DNA of 64,000 bases from Candidatus Velesiimonas alkalicola (GTDB taxonomy: Bacteria; Omnitrophota; Gorgyraeia; Velesiimonadales; Velesiimonadaceae): the NCBI GenBank assembly GCA_013626165.1, contig NDHX01000002.1, positions 639 to 64,638 on the forward strand, given 5' to 3'. The position numbers were made by a program, and so were the translations under genes. Shown here piece after piece: positions 30,994 through 40,322 of the stretch. The notes below the pieces were generated by a model, which searched no databases, was not told where the DNA came from, and was given only the letters and a program-made list of their open reading frames with translations. The first letter of the stretch is position 1, and every line of letters begins with the position of its first letter.

Positions 30994-31291
30994 CGAATCT
31001 GCCTTTAAGTTCGGTATGATGGCAAATAAAGGCTGGGGTGCATACATCCATAAAAACGGGATATTTATTAAAACATTTAAACATAAAGCAGATGCCCGGT
31101 ATCCTGATTATGGATGCTCCTTGGAAATCTATACAAACTCAAAGATGTTGGAACTTGAAACATTAGGTCCGCTTTTTAATTTAAAGCCCAACCAAACCAT
31201 ACAGCATACAGAAAATTGGTTTTTACTCCCCCTTAAATATTCTAATAAAATTATCTCTAACACTTTCTTTGACGATAGATTTTTAAAATAA
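30994..31291 (+). pseudogene. C-terminal remnant of a DUF4380/aldose epimerase-like protein
   Basis: FKFG...GWGAY...YPDYGCSLEIYTN..MLELETLGP..HTENW; N-terminus missing. Confidence 0.6.
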
Positions 31292-31294
31292 AAG

Positions 31295-31322
31295 TTGACA
31301 ACTTATAGAAAGTGTGTAGACT
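31295..31322 (+). promoter_or_regulatory. sigma70 promoter of tRNA-fMet
   Basis: TTGACA-16 nt-TAGACT ending 11 nt before the tRNA. Confidence 0.6.
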
Positions 31323-31333
31323 AATAATACTGA

Positions 31334-31410
31334 TGCGGGGTGGAGCAGTCAGGAAGCTCGTTGGGCTCATAACCCAAAGGTCGGCGGTTCAAATCCGTCC
31401 CCCGCTACCA
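31334..31410 (+). tRNA. tRNA-fMet (CAT)
   Basis: Cloverleaf, anticodon loop ctCATaa, three G:C pairs in the anticodon stem, 1:72 mismatch (U:U), encoded CCA. Confidence 0.95.
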
Positions 31411-31626
31411 TAAAAAGAGTAACCTTGCTCATCATATCCCCTGTATTTATTCACGCCTATGATATATTCAATAGTCTGATGTTGTTAGATTGAAAAAATT
31501 TTAATATCTACCCTGTTTAGAAATTTTTTATTTTTAACAGGGTTGACAAATTAAAAAATGATATAATAATTTCATTGTAACAGAAGAGCAATAATGGTTG
31601 CATCCGGGGCTTATTAGGTCTTAGTT

Positions 31627-33447
31627 ATGAAAATTTATTTTCGTCTTTTAAAATTTTTAAGACCACACCTTTTAATTTTTTCTTTCAGTATAATTTTTAT
31701 GTTTATATCAAGCCTGCTTGGAGGTGTGTCTTTGGGGATGATTATTCCCCTTTTTGATAAACTTCTTTATAACAGAGAAATAATAATTGGAAGGACTGTT
31801 CCACCTTATCTTCAAAACATTATAGACTGGATAAATACCTTGCATCCTATGCAGATATTGAATTTTCTTATTCCTGTTATTATATCGCTTTTTCTTTTTA
31901 AATATGCTACAACATTTTTATCCTCATATCTTACCTTTGGAACAAGCCAGAGGGTTGTCCAGGATATAAGGAACAGTTTATACGAGAAACTTCTCTGTTT
32001 TTCACTGGATTATTATGACAGAGCAAAAACAGGGACGATTGTTTCAAGGGTTACATATGATGTTTCAATAATACAGGATTTTATTTGCAGGGGAACTATG
32101 GATTTTATATATCAGAGTTTGCAACTTCTGGTATTTATAAGTATTGCATTTTTTATATCCCCCGAATATTCAATGTTTATAATAATTCTTATTCCATTTA
32201 TTATTATTCCCGTTCTGAAAGTGGGTAAAAAATTAAGAAAGATTGGATTTATAGTCCAGGAGAAGATGGCGGATGTAAACTCTGTTCTTTTTGAGACAGT
32301 ATCAGGAATAAGACTTGTCCAAGCATTTTCTATGGAAAAGATTGAGGCAGATAGGTTTAAAAAATACAACTATGGATTTTATAAAAATATTATGCGTGCT
32401 TTTAAAAGAACACAAATTATAGGGCCTGCAACCGAATTTATTGCTGTGGTCGGAACAGCCCTGTTTTTATGGTTTGGTGTTCGAGCAGTGATTAATCAAA
32501 ATATCTCTGCTGGTGTGTTTATACTTTTTATAGGGTCTATCCTTTCAATGGTGAAACCTGCCAAAAGGCTAACCGAGATATATGGTATTGCGCAAGTATC
32601 TGTTGCTGCTGCAAACAGGATATTTGAGGTTTTTGACCAGGTCCCAACCGTTAAAGAAAAAAATGTGACGATTGATTTAAAAAATATCTCAAAAAGTATA
32701 AAATTTGAAAATGTCCAATTTGCTTATGCCGACGGTGAATTAATTCTCAATGGTATAAACATTGATGTAGCAGTAGGTGAAACAGTTGCAATAGTAGGGC
32801 AAAGTGGTGTAGGTAAAACAACATTTGTCCATCTTATCCCGCGTTTTTATGATATTACAGGAGGAAGCATCAAGATAGATGATACTGATATAAGAGATTT
32901 TAAGATATCGGATTTAAGGTCAAAGATTGCAGTTGTAACACAGGAAACAATACTTTTTAATGATACGGTTTCGGTAAATATAGCTTTCGGAAAATCCGCC
33001 AGGATAGGCAGAGGCGTTGCAGGCGGGCAGGGCGCATCTATGGACGAGATTATAGATGCAGCAAAAAAAGCAAATGCACACTCCTTTATTTTAAGTCTTC
33101 CAAAAGGCTATGATACATTTGTCGGGGATAGGGGATATACCCTATCAGGTGGAGAAAGACAGAGGATTGCAATAGCAAGAGCAATACTTAAAAATGCGCC
33201 TATACTTATATTGGATGAGGCAACATCTCAACTTGATAGCTACCTTGAAAAACTTGTTCAGAATGCAATTCAAAATCTTATGCAGGGTAAAACTGTTTTT
33301 ATTATTGCACATCGTCTTTCTACCGTTCAGAATGCGGATAAAATAGTTATTCTTGAAAACGGAAATATTTCAGCAGTGGGAAGGCACGACCAGCTGATGG
33401 AATCTTCTGATTTATACAAAAGATTATACGAACTGCAATTTAAGTAA
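31627..33447 (+). CDS. msbA: ABC exporter, MsbA-like
   Basis: TM domain plus GQSGVGKT, LSGGERQR, LILDEATS, IAHRLST. Carries an 11-codon insertion at 32995-33027. Confidence 0.88.
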   Translation: MKIYFRLLKFLRPHLLIFSFSIIFMFISSLLGGVSLGMIIPLFDKLLYNREIIIGRTVPPYLQNIIDWINTLHPMQILNFLIPVIISLFLFKYATTFLSSYLTFGTSQRVVQDIRNSLYEKLLCFSLDYYDRAKTGTIVSRVTYDVSIIQDFICRGTMDFIYQSLQLLVFISIAFFISPEYSMFIIILIPFIIIPVLKVGKKLRKIGFIVQEKMADVNSVLFETVSGIRLVQAFSMEKIEADRFKKYNYGFYKNIMRAFKRTQIIGPATEFIAVVGTALFLWFGVRAVINQNISAGVFILFIGSILSMVKPAKRLTEIYGIAQVSVAAANRIFEVFDQVPTVKEKNVTIDLKNISKSIKFENVQFAYADGELILNGINIDVAVGETVAIVGQSGVGKTTFVHLIPRFYDITGGSIKIDDTDIRDFKISDLRSKIAVVTQETILFNDTVSVNIAFGKSARIGRGVAGGQGASMDEIIDAAKKANAHSFILSLPKGYDTFVGDRGYTLSGGERQRIAIARAILKNAPILILDEATSQLDSYLEKLVQNAIQNLMQGKTVFIIAHRLSTVQNADKIVILENGNISAVGRHDQLMESSDLYKRLYELQFK

Positions 33448-33452
33448 ATGCA

Positions 33453-33494
33453 CATTGCATTTTTCTTGACATATTATGTAAAAGTAATACAATG
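33453..33494 (+). promoter_or_regulatory. Promoter/operator of the toxin-antitoxin operon
   Basis: TTGACA (33466) -16 nt- TACAAT (33488), bracketed by the inverted repeat cattgcatt / aatacaatg. Confidence 0.6.
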
Positions 33495-33499
33495 TAAAC

Positions 33500-33770
33500 A
33501 TGATAAAATATGAAGATGAAGTTTTGAGAAATTTTAAAAAAGGTAAAATTTCCAAAGATGTATTTCAACTGTTTAACGATGCTTTTATTGCGTTAGAGAT
33601 AACCGGCAATATGAATTTGTTTGATGTAAAAAGATTAAGATCAAATCAAAACAGAATTTACTACAGACTAAGAAAAAAATAAATACAGGGCTATATTCTA
33701 TACGGAAAAAAATGATTACTATGTAATAAGCATCGCAAAAAGAGAGGAGGTTTATAGAAAATGGGAATAA
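33500..33770 (+). pseudogene. RelE/ParE-type toxin, frameshifted in an A7 tract
   Basis: DVKRL...YYRLRK then stop. The +1 frame continues NKYRAIFYTEKNDYYVISIAKREEVYRKWE-stop and overlaps the antitoxin start. Confidence 0.82.
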
Positions 33771-33979
33771 TATCTGTTAGGTTTAATGAACGGGAGGAAA
33801 AAATTTTGAAACGATTGGGGAGGTATTATGCTCAGGACTGTTCAAAGATTTTAAAAAAATCATTACTGGGAATGTACGAAGATTTAAAAGACAGGACAGC
33901 GATTAAAACATTTGAAACAAAGGAAAAGGACAGGAAAGTAAGGTTTTATACAGCAGAAGAAATTTTAAAAACAGCATAA
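33761..33979 (+). CDS. RHH antitoxin (DUF6290/RelB-like)
   Basis: IISVRFNEREEK...YEDLKD...YTAEEI; coupled to the toxin. Confidence 0.8.
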   Translation: MGIISVRFNEREEKILKRLGRYYAQDCSKILKKSLLGMYEDLKDRTAIKTFETKEKDRKVRFYTAEEILKTA

Positions 33980-34027
33980 GGAAGAGGAATAATATGCCAC
34001 CAATGAGCGGATGAAAATAAAGTTTCA

Positions 34028-35326
34028 ATGACAATATCAGAAAAAATACTTGCAAAACACAGCGGGAAAAAATATGTTAAACCGGGAGAACTGATACTTG
34101 CGAGGGTTGATTTCTGTTTAGGCAATGATGTAACGGCACCTGTTGCAATAAATGAGTTTTATCATATAGGTTCAAAAAAGGTTTTTAACACAAATAAAAT
34201 TGCTCTTGTCCCGGACCATTTCACACCCAATAAAGATATAAAAAGTGCTACGCAGACAAAGATTATAAGAGAGTTTGCTAAAACACAAAAGATTAGATAT
34301 TACTTTGAGGTGGGCAGAATGGGTGTTGAACATGCACTTCTTCCAGAACTTGCACTTGTTGGACCCGGTATGCTTGTTGTAGGAGCAGACTCACATACCT
34401 GCACATATGGTGCGATGGGATGTTTTTCAACAGGTGTTGGCTCAACAGATCTTGCCTGTGCAATGATATTAGGAAAGGTGTGGCTAAAAGTCCCACAGCA
34501 AATAAAATTTATTTGTAAAGGAAGATTCAAAAAATGGGTTGGTGGGAAAGACCTGATATTAAGTATAATCGGTGACATAGGAGTAGATGGTGCATTAGAC
34601 CGTTCTATGGAGTTTGAAGGCAGCGCAATAGAAATCCTTCCGATAGAAGAAAGGCTTGCAATGTGTAACATGGCAGTTGAGGCGGGTGCACAAAATGGGA
34701 TTATAGCACCCGATGGCCTTACACAGAAATATTTAGAACAGGGACTAAAAAGAGCAAAACAGGATGGTTTTCCCGGCGATACTATGCGATATTTTAATTT
34801 TGATTTGAAAAGTGATGAGAATGCCATATATGAAAAAGTTCATCAGTACAATGTAGACAACCTTTTACCCCTTGTTGCACTTCCTCATTTACCAAGTAAT
34901 GTAAAACCTGCAAGAGAAATTAAAAATATGAAGATAGATCAGGTTATAATAGGTTCGTGCACAAACGGAAGAATTACAGATTTAAGAATAGCAGCAAAGA
35001 TACTGAAAGGGAAAAAGGTTCATAAAAATGTTCGTCTTATTGTAATTCCTGCAACACAATGGACATACAGACAGGCAAACAGAGAAGAACTTCTTGATAT
35101 ATTTGTAGACGCCGGCGGGGCTGTTTCAACTCCTACCTGTGGTCCTTGTTTAGGCGGACATATGGGAATACTTGCAGAAGGTGAAAGGGCAGTTGCAACA
35201 ACAAACAGGAATTTTGTAGGAAGGATGGGGCATCCCAAAAGCGAGGTAATACTTTCAGGTCCTGCAGTTGCTATCTCAAGTGCAATACTTGGAAGGGTTG
35301 CGGACCCTGAGGAAATAAAGAGATAG
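34028..35326 (+). CDS. leuC: 3-isopropylmalate dehydratase large subunit
   Basis: GADSHTCT, IGSCTNGR, CGPCLG, TTNRNF.GRMG. Confidence 0.93.
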   Translation: MTISEKILAKHSGKKYVKPGELILARVDFCLGNDVTAPVAINEFYHIGSKKVFNTNKIALVPDHFTPNKDIKSATQTKIIREFAKTQKIRYYFEVGRMGVEHALLPELALVGPGMLVVGADSHTCTYGAMGCFSTGVGSTDLACAMILGKVWLKVPQQIKFICKGRFKKWVGGKDLILSIIGDIGVDGALDRSMEFEGSAIEILPIEERLAMCNMAVEAGAQNGIIAPDGLTQKYLEQGLKRAKQDGFPGDTMRYFNFDLKSDENAIYEKVHQYNVDNLLPLVALPHLPSNVKPAREIKNMKIDQVIIGSCTNGRITDLRIAAKILKGKKVHKNVRLIVIPATQWTYRQANREELLDIFVDAGGAVSTPTCGPCLGGHMGILAEGERAVATTNRNFVGRMGHPKSEVILSGPAVAISSAILGRVADPEEIKR

Positions 35327-35342
35327 TCTTAGAGGAAGGGAA

Positions 35343-36341
35343 TTGAAAAAATATAATGTTGCTGTTATAGGGGTTGGGGCTGTTGGCATAGAAACGATAA
35401 GGGTTTTAAGACAGAGGAATTTCCCGACAGAAAAACTTGTTGTAATGGCAAGAAGACAGAGAACAATAGAGGTTGACGGACACAAATATGATGTTATAGA
35501 AACCACACCAGATGCTTTTAAGGGGATGGAGATAGTATTTTTTGCAGGAACAGAAGGTGAAAAAGGCGCAGCAGTAATATTTGCAAAGCCCGCCATCCAG
35601 TGTGGGGCAGTTGTTATAGACAACGGTGCTGATTTCAGGATGGAAGATAGTGTTCCTCTTATTATTCCTGAGGTCAACCCGGAAGATATAAAAACTCATA
35701 AGGGAATAATTGCAAATCCAAACTGTTCTACCATACAGATGGTTGTTGCAATAAATCCAATACATAGGGCCGCAGGAGTAAAAAGGATTGTTGTAACCAC
35801 ATTTCAATCAGCATCAGGAGCAGGCAGGAAGGCAATAGAGGATTTAAAAAAACAATCTGAAGAACTTCTTTTGAAAAACAAGATTTTATCTGATGGAGGG
35901 TCATTTGCTCATCCGCTTGCATTTAATGTTATCCCTCAGATAGGCAGTTTTACCAAGCTTGATTATACGACAGAAGAATGGAAGATTGTAAAAGAAACAA
36001 GAAAGATTATGCATGAGCCCAATATGTTTATAAATGCAACAGCCATAAGGGTTCCAGTATTTAATGCTCATTCTGAATCAGTCTATTTTGAAACGAAAGA
36101 CAATATAACCCTTGAACAGATAAGAAAGATTTTATCAAAATCAGAAGGGATTGTTCTTCTTGATGAGCCTTCCACAGGCACATATCCTATGCCTGTAAAT
36201 GTAACAGGCAAAGACCCTGTTTATGTCGGAAGGATGAGGAAAGACCCTGATGTAAAGAATGCGTTTGTAATGTGGGTTGTTGCAGACAACTTAAGAAAAG
36301 GAGCGGCAACAAACGCAATCCAGATAGCAGAAAAATTATAG
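35343..36341 (+). CDS. asd: Aspartate-semialdehyde dehydrogenase
   Basis: PEVN, ANPNCST, QSASGAG, RVPV..AHSE, DNLRKGAA. TTG start. Confidence 0.96.
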   Translation: MKKYNVAVIGVGAVGIETIRVLRQRNFPTEKLVVMARRQRTIEVDGHKYDVIETTPDAFKGMEIVFFAGTEGEKGAAVIFAKPAIQCGAVVIDNGADFRMEDSVPLIIPEVNPEDIKTHKGIIANPNCSTIQMVVAINPIHRAAGVKRIVVTTFQSASGAGRKAIEDLKKQSEELLLKNKILSDGGSFAHPLAFNVIPQIGSFTKLDYTTEEWKIVKETRKIMHEPNMFINATAIRVPVFNAHSESVYFETKDNITLEQIRKILSKSEGIVLLDEPSTGTYPMPVNVTGKDPVYVGRMRKDPDVKNAFVMWVVADNLRKGAATNAIQIAEKL

Positions 36342-36488
36342 AAAGGGAAATATCACATAGAAAATTTAAAAACCAGACGACCCACTATTGTGGATGCCCC
36401 GAAATCAAATTCCAAGAACCAAGATACAAATGATGTTTGCCATTTGATATTTGTCATTTGACATTTCTTTATTTTATAGAGGGGATAT

Positions 36489-37085
36489 ATGGAATTTTTT
36501 GTCAGGTTGTTTTTTTTATTTTTAAGTGCTATACTTGTAAATAATTTTGTTCTTTCCCGTTTCTTGGGGCTTTGTTCTTTTATCGGTGTATCAAGAAAGA
36601 CAGAAGTTGCACTTGGGATGGGCGCTGCTGTTATATTTGTTATAACAATAGCATCCATTATTACCTGGCCTGTATATAACTTTGTTCTTGTCCCCGCGCA
36701 CCTTGAGTTTCTGAATATTTTAACGTTTATACTTGTTATAGCCTCCTTCGTTCAGCTTGTGGAGATGTTTATTAAGAAGTTTTACCCGCCCCTGTACAAG
36801 TCGCTCGGAATATATCTTCCGCTTATCACTGTTAACTGTATTGTGCTTTTTGTTGCATTGTTGAATGTTCAACAGGAACTTACATTTGTAGAAAGTGTGT
36901 TTCAGAGTATTGGTGCGGGTGTCGGTTATGCACTGGCAATTGTTCTTCTTACAACAATAAGAGAGAGGTTGGAACTTGTAGATATTCCTGAGTCTTTAAA
37001 AGGAGCGCCGATTGCCTTTATTATTGCAGGACTGATGGCGCTTGCATTTCAGGGATTTCAGGGTTTGATTCCAATTACAAGATAA
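36489..37085 (+). CDS. rnfA: Rnf electron transport complex subunit A
   Basis: NNFVL.RFLGLC, VQLVEM, GIYLPLITVNC, IRERL, F.GF.G. Confidence 0.9.
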   Translation: MEFFVRLFFLFLSAILVNNFVLSRFLGLCSFIGVSRKTEVALGMGAAVIFVITIASIITWPVYNFVLVPAHLEFLNILTFILVIASFVQLVEMFIKKFYPPLYKSLGIYLPLITVNCIVLFVALLNVQQELTFVESVFQSIGAGVGYALAIVLLTTIRERLELVDIPESLKGAPIAFIIAGLMALAFQGFQGLIPITR

Positions 37086-37171
37086 AAATTCGCTTACGCT
37101 TTAGACGCACTATCTTCTACCTGTCTACCCCTTAGACAAGTTAAGGGCAGATAAAATACAGGGGGTTAAAA

Positions 37172-37795
37172 ATGTTAAGGATATTTAGAAAATATTTTAT
37201 AACAGGGCTTGTAGTTATACTTCCAGTTATTATCACATTCTGGATTATACGAATCGTTTTTCTTTTTTTTGACGGGATTTTGGGTAAATATATAAGGATT
37301 TTATTTGAAAAAAGACATTACGAAGCTTATATTCCTGGCACAGGGCTTCTTCTTTCAATTCTAATAGTTTTTTTAATTGGTTTTGTGGTTCACAAAATAC
37401 TTGGTAAAAAATTTGTATCCTGGGTTGAAAGATGGTTTTCAAATCTTCCAGGCGTCAAACACATATATTCACCCACAAAACAGGTAGTAGATTTTCTTTT
37501 CGTAAAACATAGGGCAAGTCTCAAAAAAGTGGTGCTTGTTGAGTATCCGAGAAAAGGGATTTATTCAATAGGCTTTCTTTCCTGTGATCATGCCCCAACA
37601 TCTTCAAAAGTGGTAGGTGAGGATATTGTGGGGATTCTTGTCCCCAGCACTCCAAACCCACTGACTGCATATTTTATGTTTGTCCCAAGAAGCACCCTTA
37701 TATTCCCTGAAATGAGTGTAGAAGAGGCTCTAAATTTTATTATCTCAGGTGGCATTGCTTCAAACAGTAAATCTTCAGAAGAACCTGTTGCATAA
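37172..37795 (+). CDS. DUF502 membrane protein
   Basis: FITGL, LVEYPR, VPSTPNP, ISGG. Confidence 0.9.
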   Translation: MLRIFRKYFITGLVVILPVIITFWIIRIVFLFFDGILGKYIRILFEKRHYEAYIPGTGLLLSILIVFLIGFVVHKILGKKFVSWVERWFSNLPGVKHIYSPTKQVVDFLFVKHRASLKKVVLVEYPRKGIYSIGFLSCDHAPTSSKVVGEDIVGILVPSTPNPLTAYFMFVPRSTLIFPEMSVEEALNFIISGGIASNSKSSEEPVA

Positions 37796-37870
37796 CTTGC
37801 CCATTCAAAAAGGTGCTTAAAGTTAAGAACCGAAGATGCGAAACCTCACGGGATTGCGCAAGGGACTTTA
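37780..37870 (+). mobile_element. MITE-like element (family B), degenerate copy overlapping the DUF502 3' end
   Basis: Aligns with 40413-40500 (cataact..aaa.gg.gc..aagt..aacc.aag.tg.g.aacctca.gggatt). Confidence 0.65.
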
Positions 37871-37886
37871 AAGGTAAATATTAAAA

Positions 37887-39593
37887 ATGAAATGGATTAT
37901 ACAAGAACTTTCAAAAGATAGAGAACTTTTTTCCAGAAACTTACAAATATCTCCTCTGCTTGCACAAATCCTTCTTAATAGAAATATTAAAAGTCTGAAA
38001 TCTGCTGAAGAATTCTTATCCTGTAGATACTCGTCTTTTCATGCCCATGAAAAATTACTCGGTATAGAAAAAGCAAAAGAAAGAATAAGAACCGCTATTG
38101 CAAAAAAAGAAAAAATTATTGTCTACGGTGATTATGATGCAGATGGGATTACCGCAACCGCTCTTATTGTAAAATTTTTAAAAAGATTTAAAGTAAATGC
38201 AGGCTGGTATATACCTGACAGGATAGAAGAAGGATATGGGATATCAAGACAGTTTTTGAATAATATACTATCTTGCCAGGTAGAACAGGCAAAAGATATT
38301 TCACTTATTATAACCGTTGACTGTGGAATATCTGCAAAAGATGAGATAGGATTTTTACAATCAAAGGGAATAGATGTTATTGTAACCGATCATCATTGTA
38401 TCCCTAAAGATGGTATCCCTTCGGCATTTGCCTGTATAAACCCACATCAGTTGGATTGCTCTTATCCTGATGACAATCTTGCAGGTGTCGGGATTGCGTT
38501 TAAACTAATACAATCTTTGCAGGATAACAGAGTTCTTGAGGAATTTTTTGATATTGTATGCATAGGAACAGTTGCCGATGTTGTTCCGCTTATTGGTGAG
38601 AATAGAATATTTGTAAAACACGGTTTAAGAAAACTTCAATATACAAATGACTATGGAATATCTGCTCTTATTAACACAAGCGGTCTTACAGGCAGGACAT
38701 TACGCTCTGAGCATATTGCATTTATATTGGGACCGAGAATAAATGCGGTAGGAAGATTGGGCGATCCAAACAAGGCAATGCAACTTTTGCTCTCGGAAGA
38801 TAGGAAGACTGCTTTTGAGATTGCAAGGATATTAGAAGATGCAAACAGGGAAAGAAAAAGACAGGAGGACCGTATTCTACGGGAGGTGCAGGGAAGAATT
38901 GAACAAGAAATAGATTTGAGAAATACATATGCATTAGTTATAGAGGGCAGCGGATGGTCAACAGGAATAATTGGTATTGTTGCATCAAGGATTGTGGATA
39001 TTTATTCAAGGCCCTGTGTAATTGTATGCAGTGATGAGAAAGAAATATGGAAAGGTTCTGGAAGGTCAATTGAAAAGTTTAATCTTATAGAAGGCTTGAA
39101 CCAGTGTTCAGATGTTCTTGAGAAATATGGCGGACACACCTTCGCTGCTGGCATTGCCATAAAGAAGGATAACCTTGCAAGATTTAAATCAAAATTAAAC
39201 ACAGCAGCATCTGATATCTTAAAACTGGAAGATTTAAGAGAAAATATAAATGTTGATGCGTCCATTGAACTAAAAGATATTACACCCGACTTTTTAGAAG
39301 AAATGGAAAAGATTGAACCTTTCGGACAGGGCAATCCTAAACCGATATTTGTTGCAAGGAACCTGAAAGTAAAAGCATCCTCTCTTACAAAGGATGGAAA
39401 AACTATTGTCTGGCTTACAGATGGAAATGTGGTATATCAGGGAACGATAAAAAAAAGACTACAAAATATAAAACATTATGTTTCAACACCTGTAAGTGTG
39501 GACATTGCTTTTGGTGCATCTTTAACATATATTGAAAATATGGCTTCCGTAAAAATTGATATAATAGACCTTAAAATATCCTCTGTGTTTTAG
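37887..39593 (+). CDS. recJ: Single-stranded DNA exonuclease RecJ
   Basis: GDYDADG, TVDCG, TDHH, GTVADVVPL, PRINA.GR, GSGRS, GGH, EPFG.GN. Confidence 0.96.
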   Translation: MKWIIQELSKDRELFSRNLQISPLLAQILLNRNIKSLKSAEEFLSCRYSSFHAHEKLLGIEKAKERIRTAIAKKEKIIVYGDYDADGITATALIVKFLKRFKVNAGWYIPDRIEEGYGISRQFLNNILSCQVEQAKDISLIITVDCGISAKDEIGFLQSKGIDVIVTDHHCIPKDGIPSAFACINPHQLDCSYPDDNLAGVGIAFKLIQSLQDNRVLEEFFDIVCIGTVADVVPLIGENRIFVKHGLRKLQYTNDYGISALINTSGLTGRTLRSEHIAFILGPRINAVGRLGDPNKAMQLLLSEDRKTAFEIARILEDANRERKRQEDRILREVQGRIEQEIDLRNTYALVIEGSGWSTGIIGIVASRIVDIYSRPCVIVCSDEKEIWKGSGRSIEKFNLIEGLNQCSDVLEKYGGHTFAAGIAIKKDNLARFKSKLNTAASDILKLEDLRENINVDASIELKDITPDFLEEMEKIEPFGQGNPKPIFVARNLKVKASSLTKDGKTIVWLTDGNVVYQGTIKKRLQNIKHYVSTPVSVDIAFGASLTYIENMASVKIDIIDLKISSVF

Positions 39594-39806
39594 AGCCCGT
39601 GAGCACAATCCCCATAGAACAGGTGACTGGTGAGAAGGTGACAGATAATAAACAACAGGTAACTGGCGACAGGCGACAGGCATAAGAGGTAGGAGGTAGG
39701 GGAAAACACCCTCCTCACCCAGAGGGTGCCAGAAAGGATGGGTGGGCGGGTTATATTCTGAATTTATTTGGGGTTTGCACCTTCGGGTACCCTCTGGGTG
39801 GGGCGG
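39591..39806. repeat. Composite cluster of at least four repeat families between convergent recJ and rpmB
   Basis: Family B terminal repeat, ggtgactgg tract, family A core with an inserted cacccagagggtg module, and a second inverted copy of that module. Confidence 0.8.
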
Positions 39807-40073
39807 CTATACAACAGACTTTTTAATCTCTTGTTTTTGTCTTGGTATTGGTTTTTCTACTTTTCCTGCCTTCAGACATTTTGAGCAAACATACTTCCAT
39901 TTTATTGAAGAGCCTTCACGAACCCTTATTTTCCTTACATTTGGTAAAAAAACCCTTTTTGTTACTCTTACAATTCTCCTACCCACCCCACCTTTTTTCT
40001 TTGCCATACCCTTTCTTACTATATTTCTTCCTGCCATCGGCCCTTTGCCACAAATACTGCATATCCTTGACAT
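39807..40073 (-). CDS. rpmB: 50S ribosomal protein L28 (Zn-binding)
   Basis: MSRICSICGK, TKRVFLPN, VCSKCLKAG. Confidence 0.96.
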   Translation of the reverse strand: MSRICSICGKGPMAGRNIVRKGMAKKKGGVGRRIVRVTKRVFLPNVRKIRVREGSSIKWKYVCSKCLKAGKVEKPIPRQKQEIKKSVV

Positions 40074-40198
40074 ATTTTTCTCCTATTTTTAATACATTAG
40101 TTATAAAAAATTTTAAAATACGGTTTTTCCTTGTTGCATATTTTTTAATATTCTATCTTAAAAATATTTTATAAGCAAGAAAAATTGTTTTTTAATTG

Positions 40199-40322
40199 CT
40201 AAGATATATAATACAGTGGATAGTATCCCTGGATTTTCTTAAAAGCAGGAAATATTAAAAGTGCAAGCACAACAATAAGCGCTAATAATTTCAATAAGTG
40301 TAAATCCATTTTTGATTTTCAT
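40199..40322 (-). pseudogene. Prepilin-type N-terminal cleavage domain remnant
   Basis: SD aaggagg, MKIKNGFTLIEI, frameshift, then LALIVVLALLIFPAFKKIQ and an early stop. Confidence 0.65.

Noticed and set aside
31543-31567. Canonical sigma70 promoter for msbA
   Set aside because: TTGACA and TATAAT are only 13 nt apart, so it is not called as a feature.
34740-34800. Repeat-derived insertion in LeuC (also the UgtP loop near 13060-13100 and ComEC near 28900-28930)
   Set aside because: The loops look longer than usual, but there is no convincing palindrome or match to a repeat family in this window.
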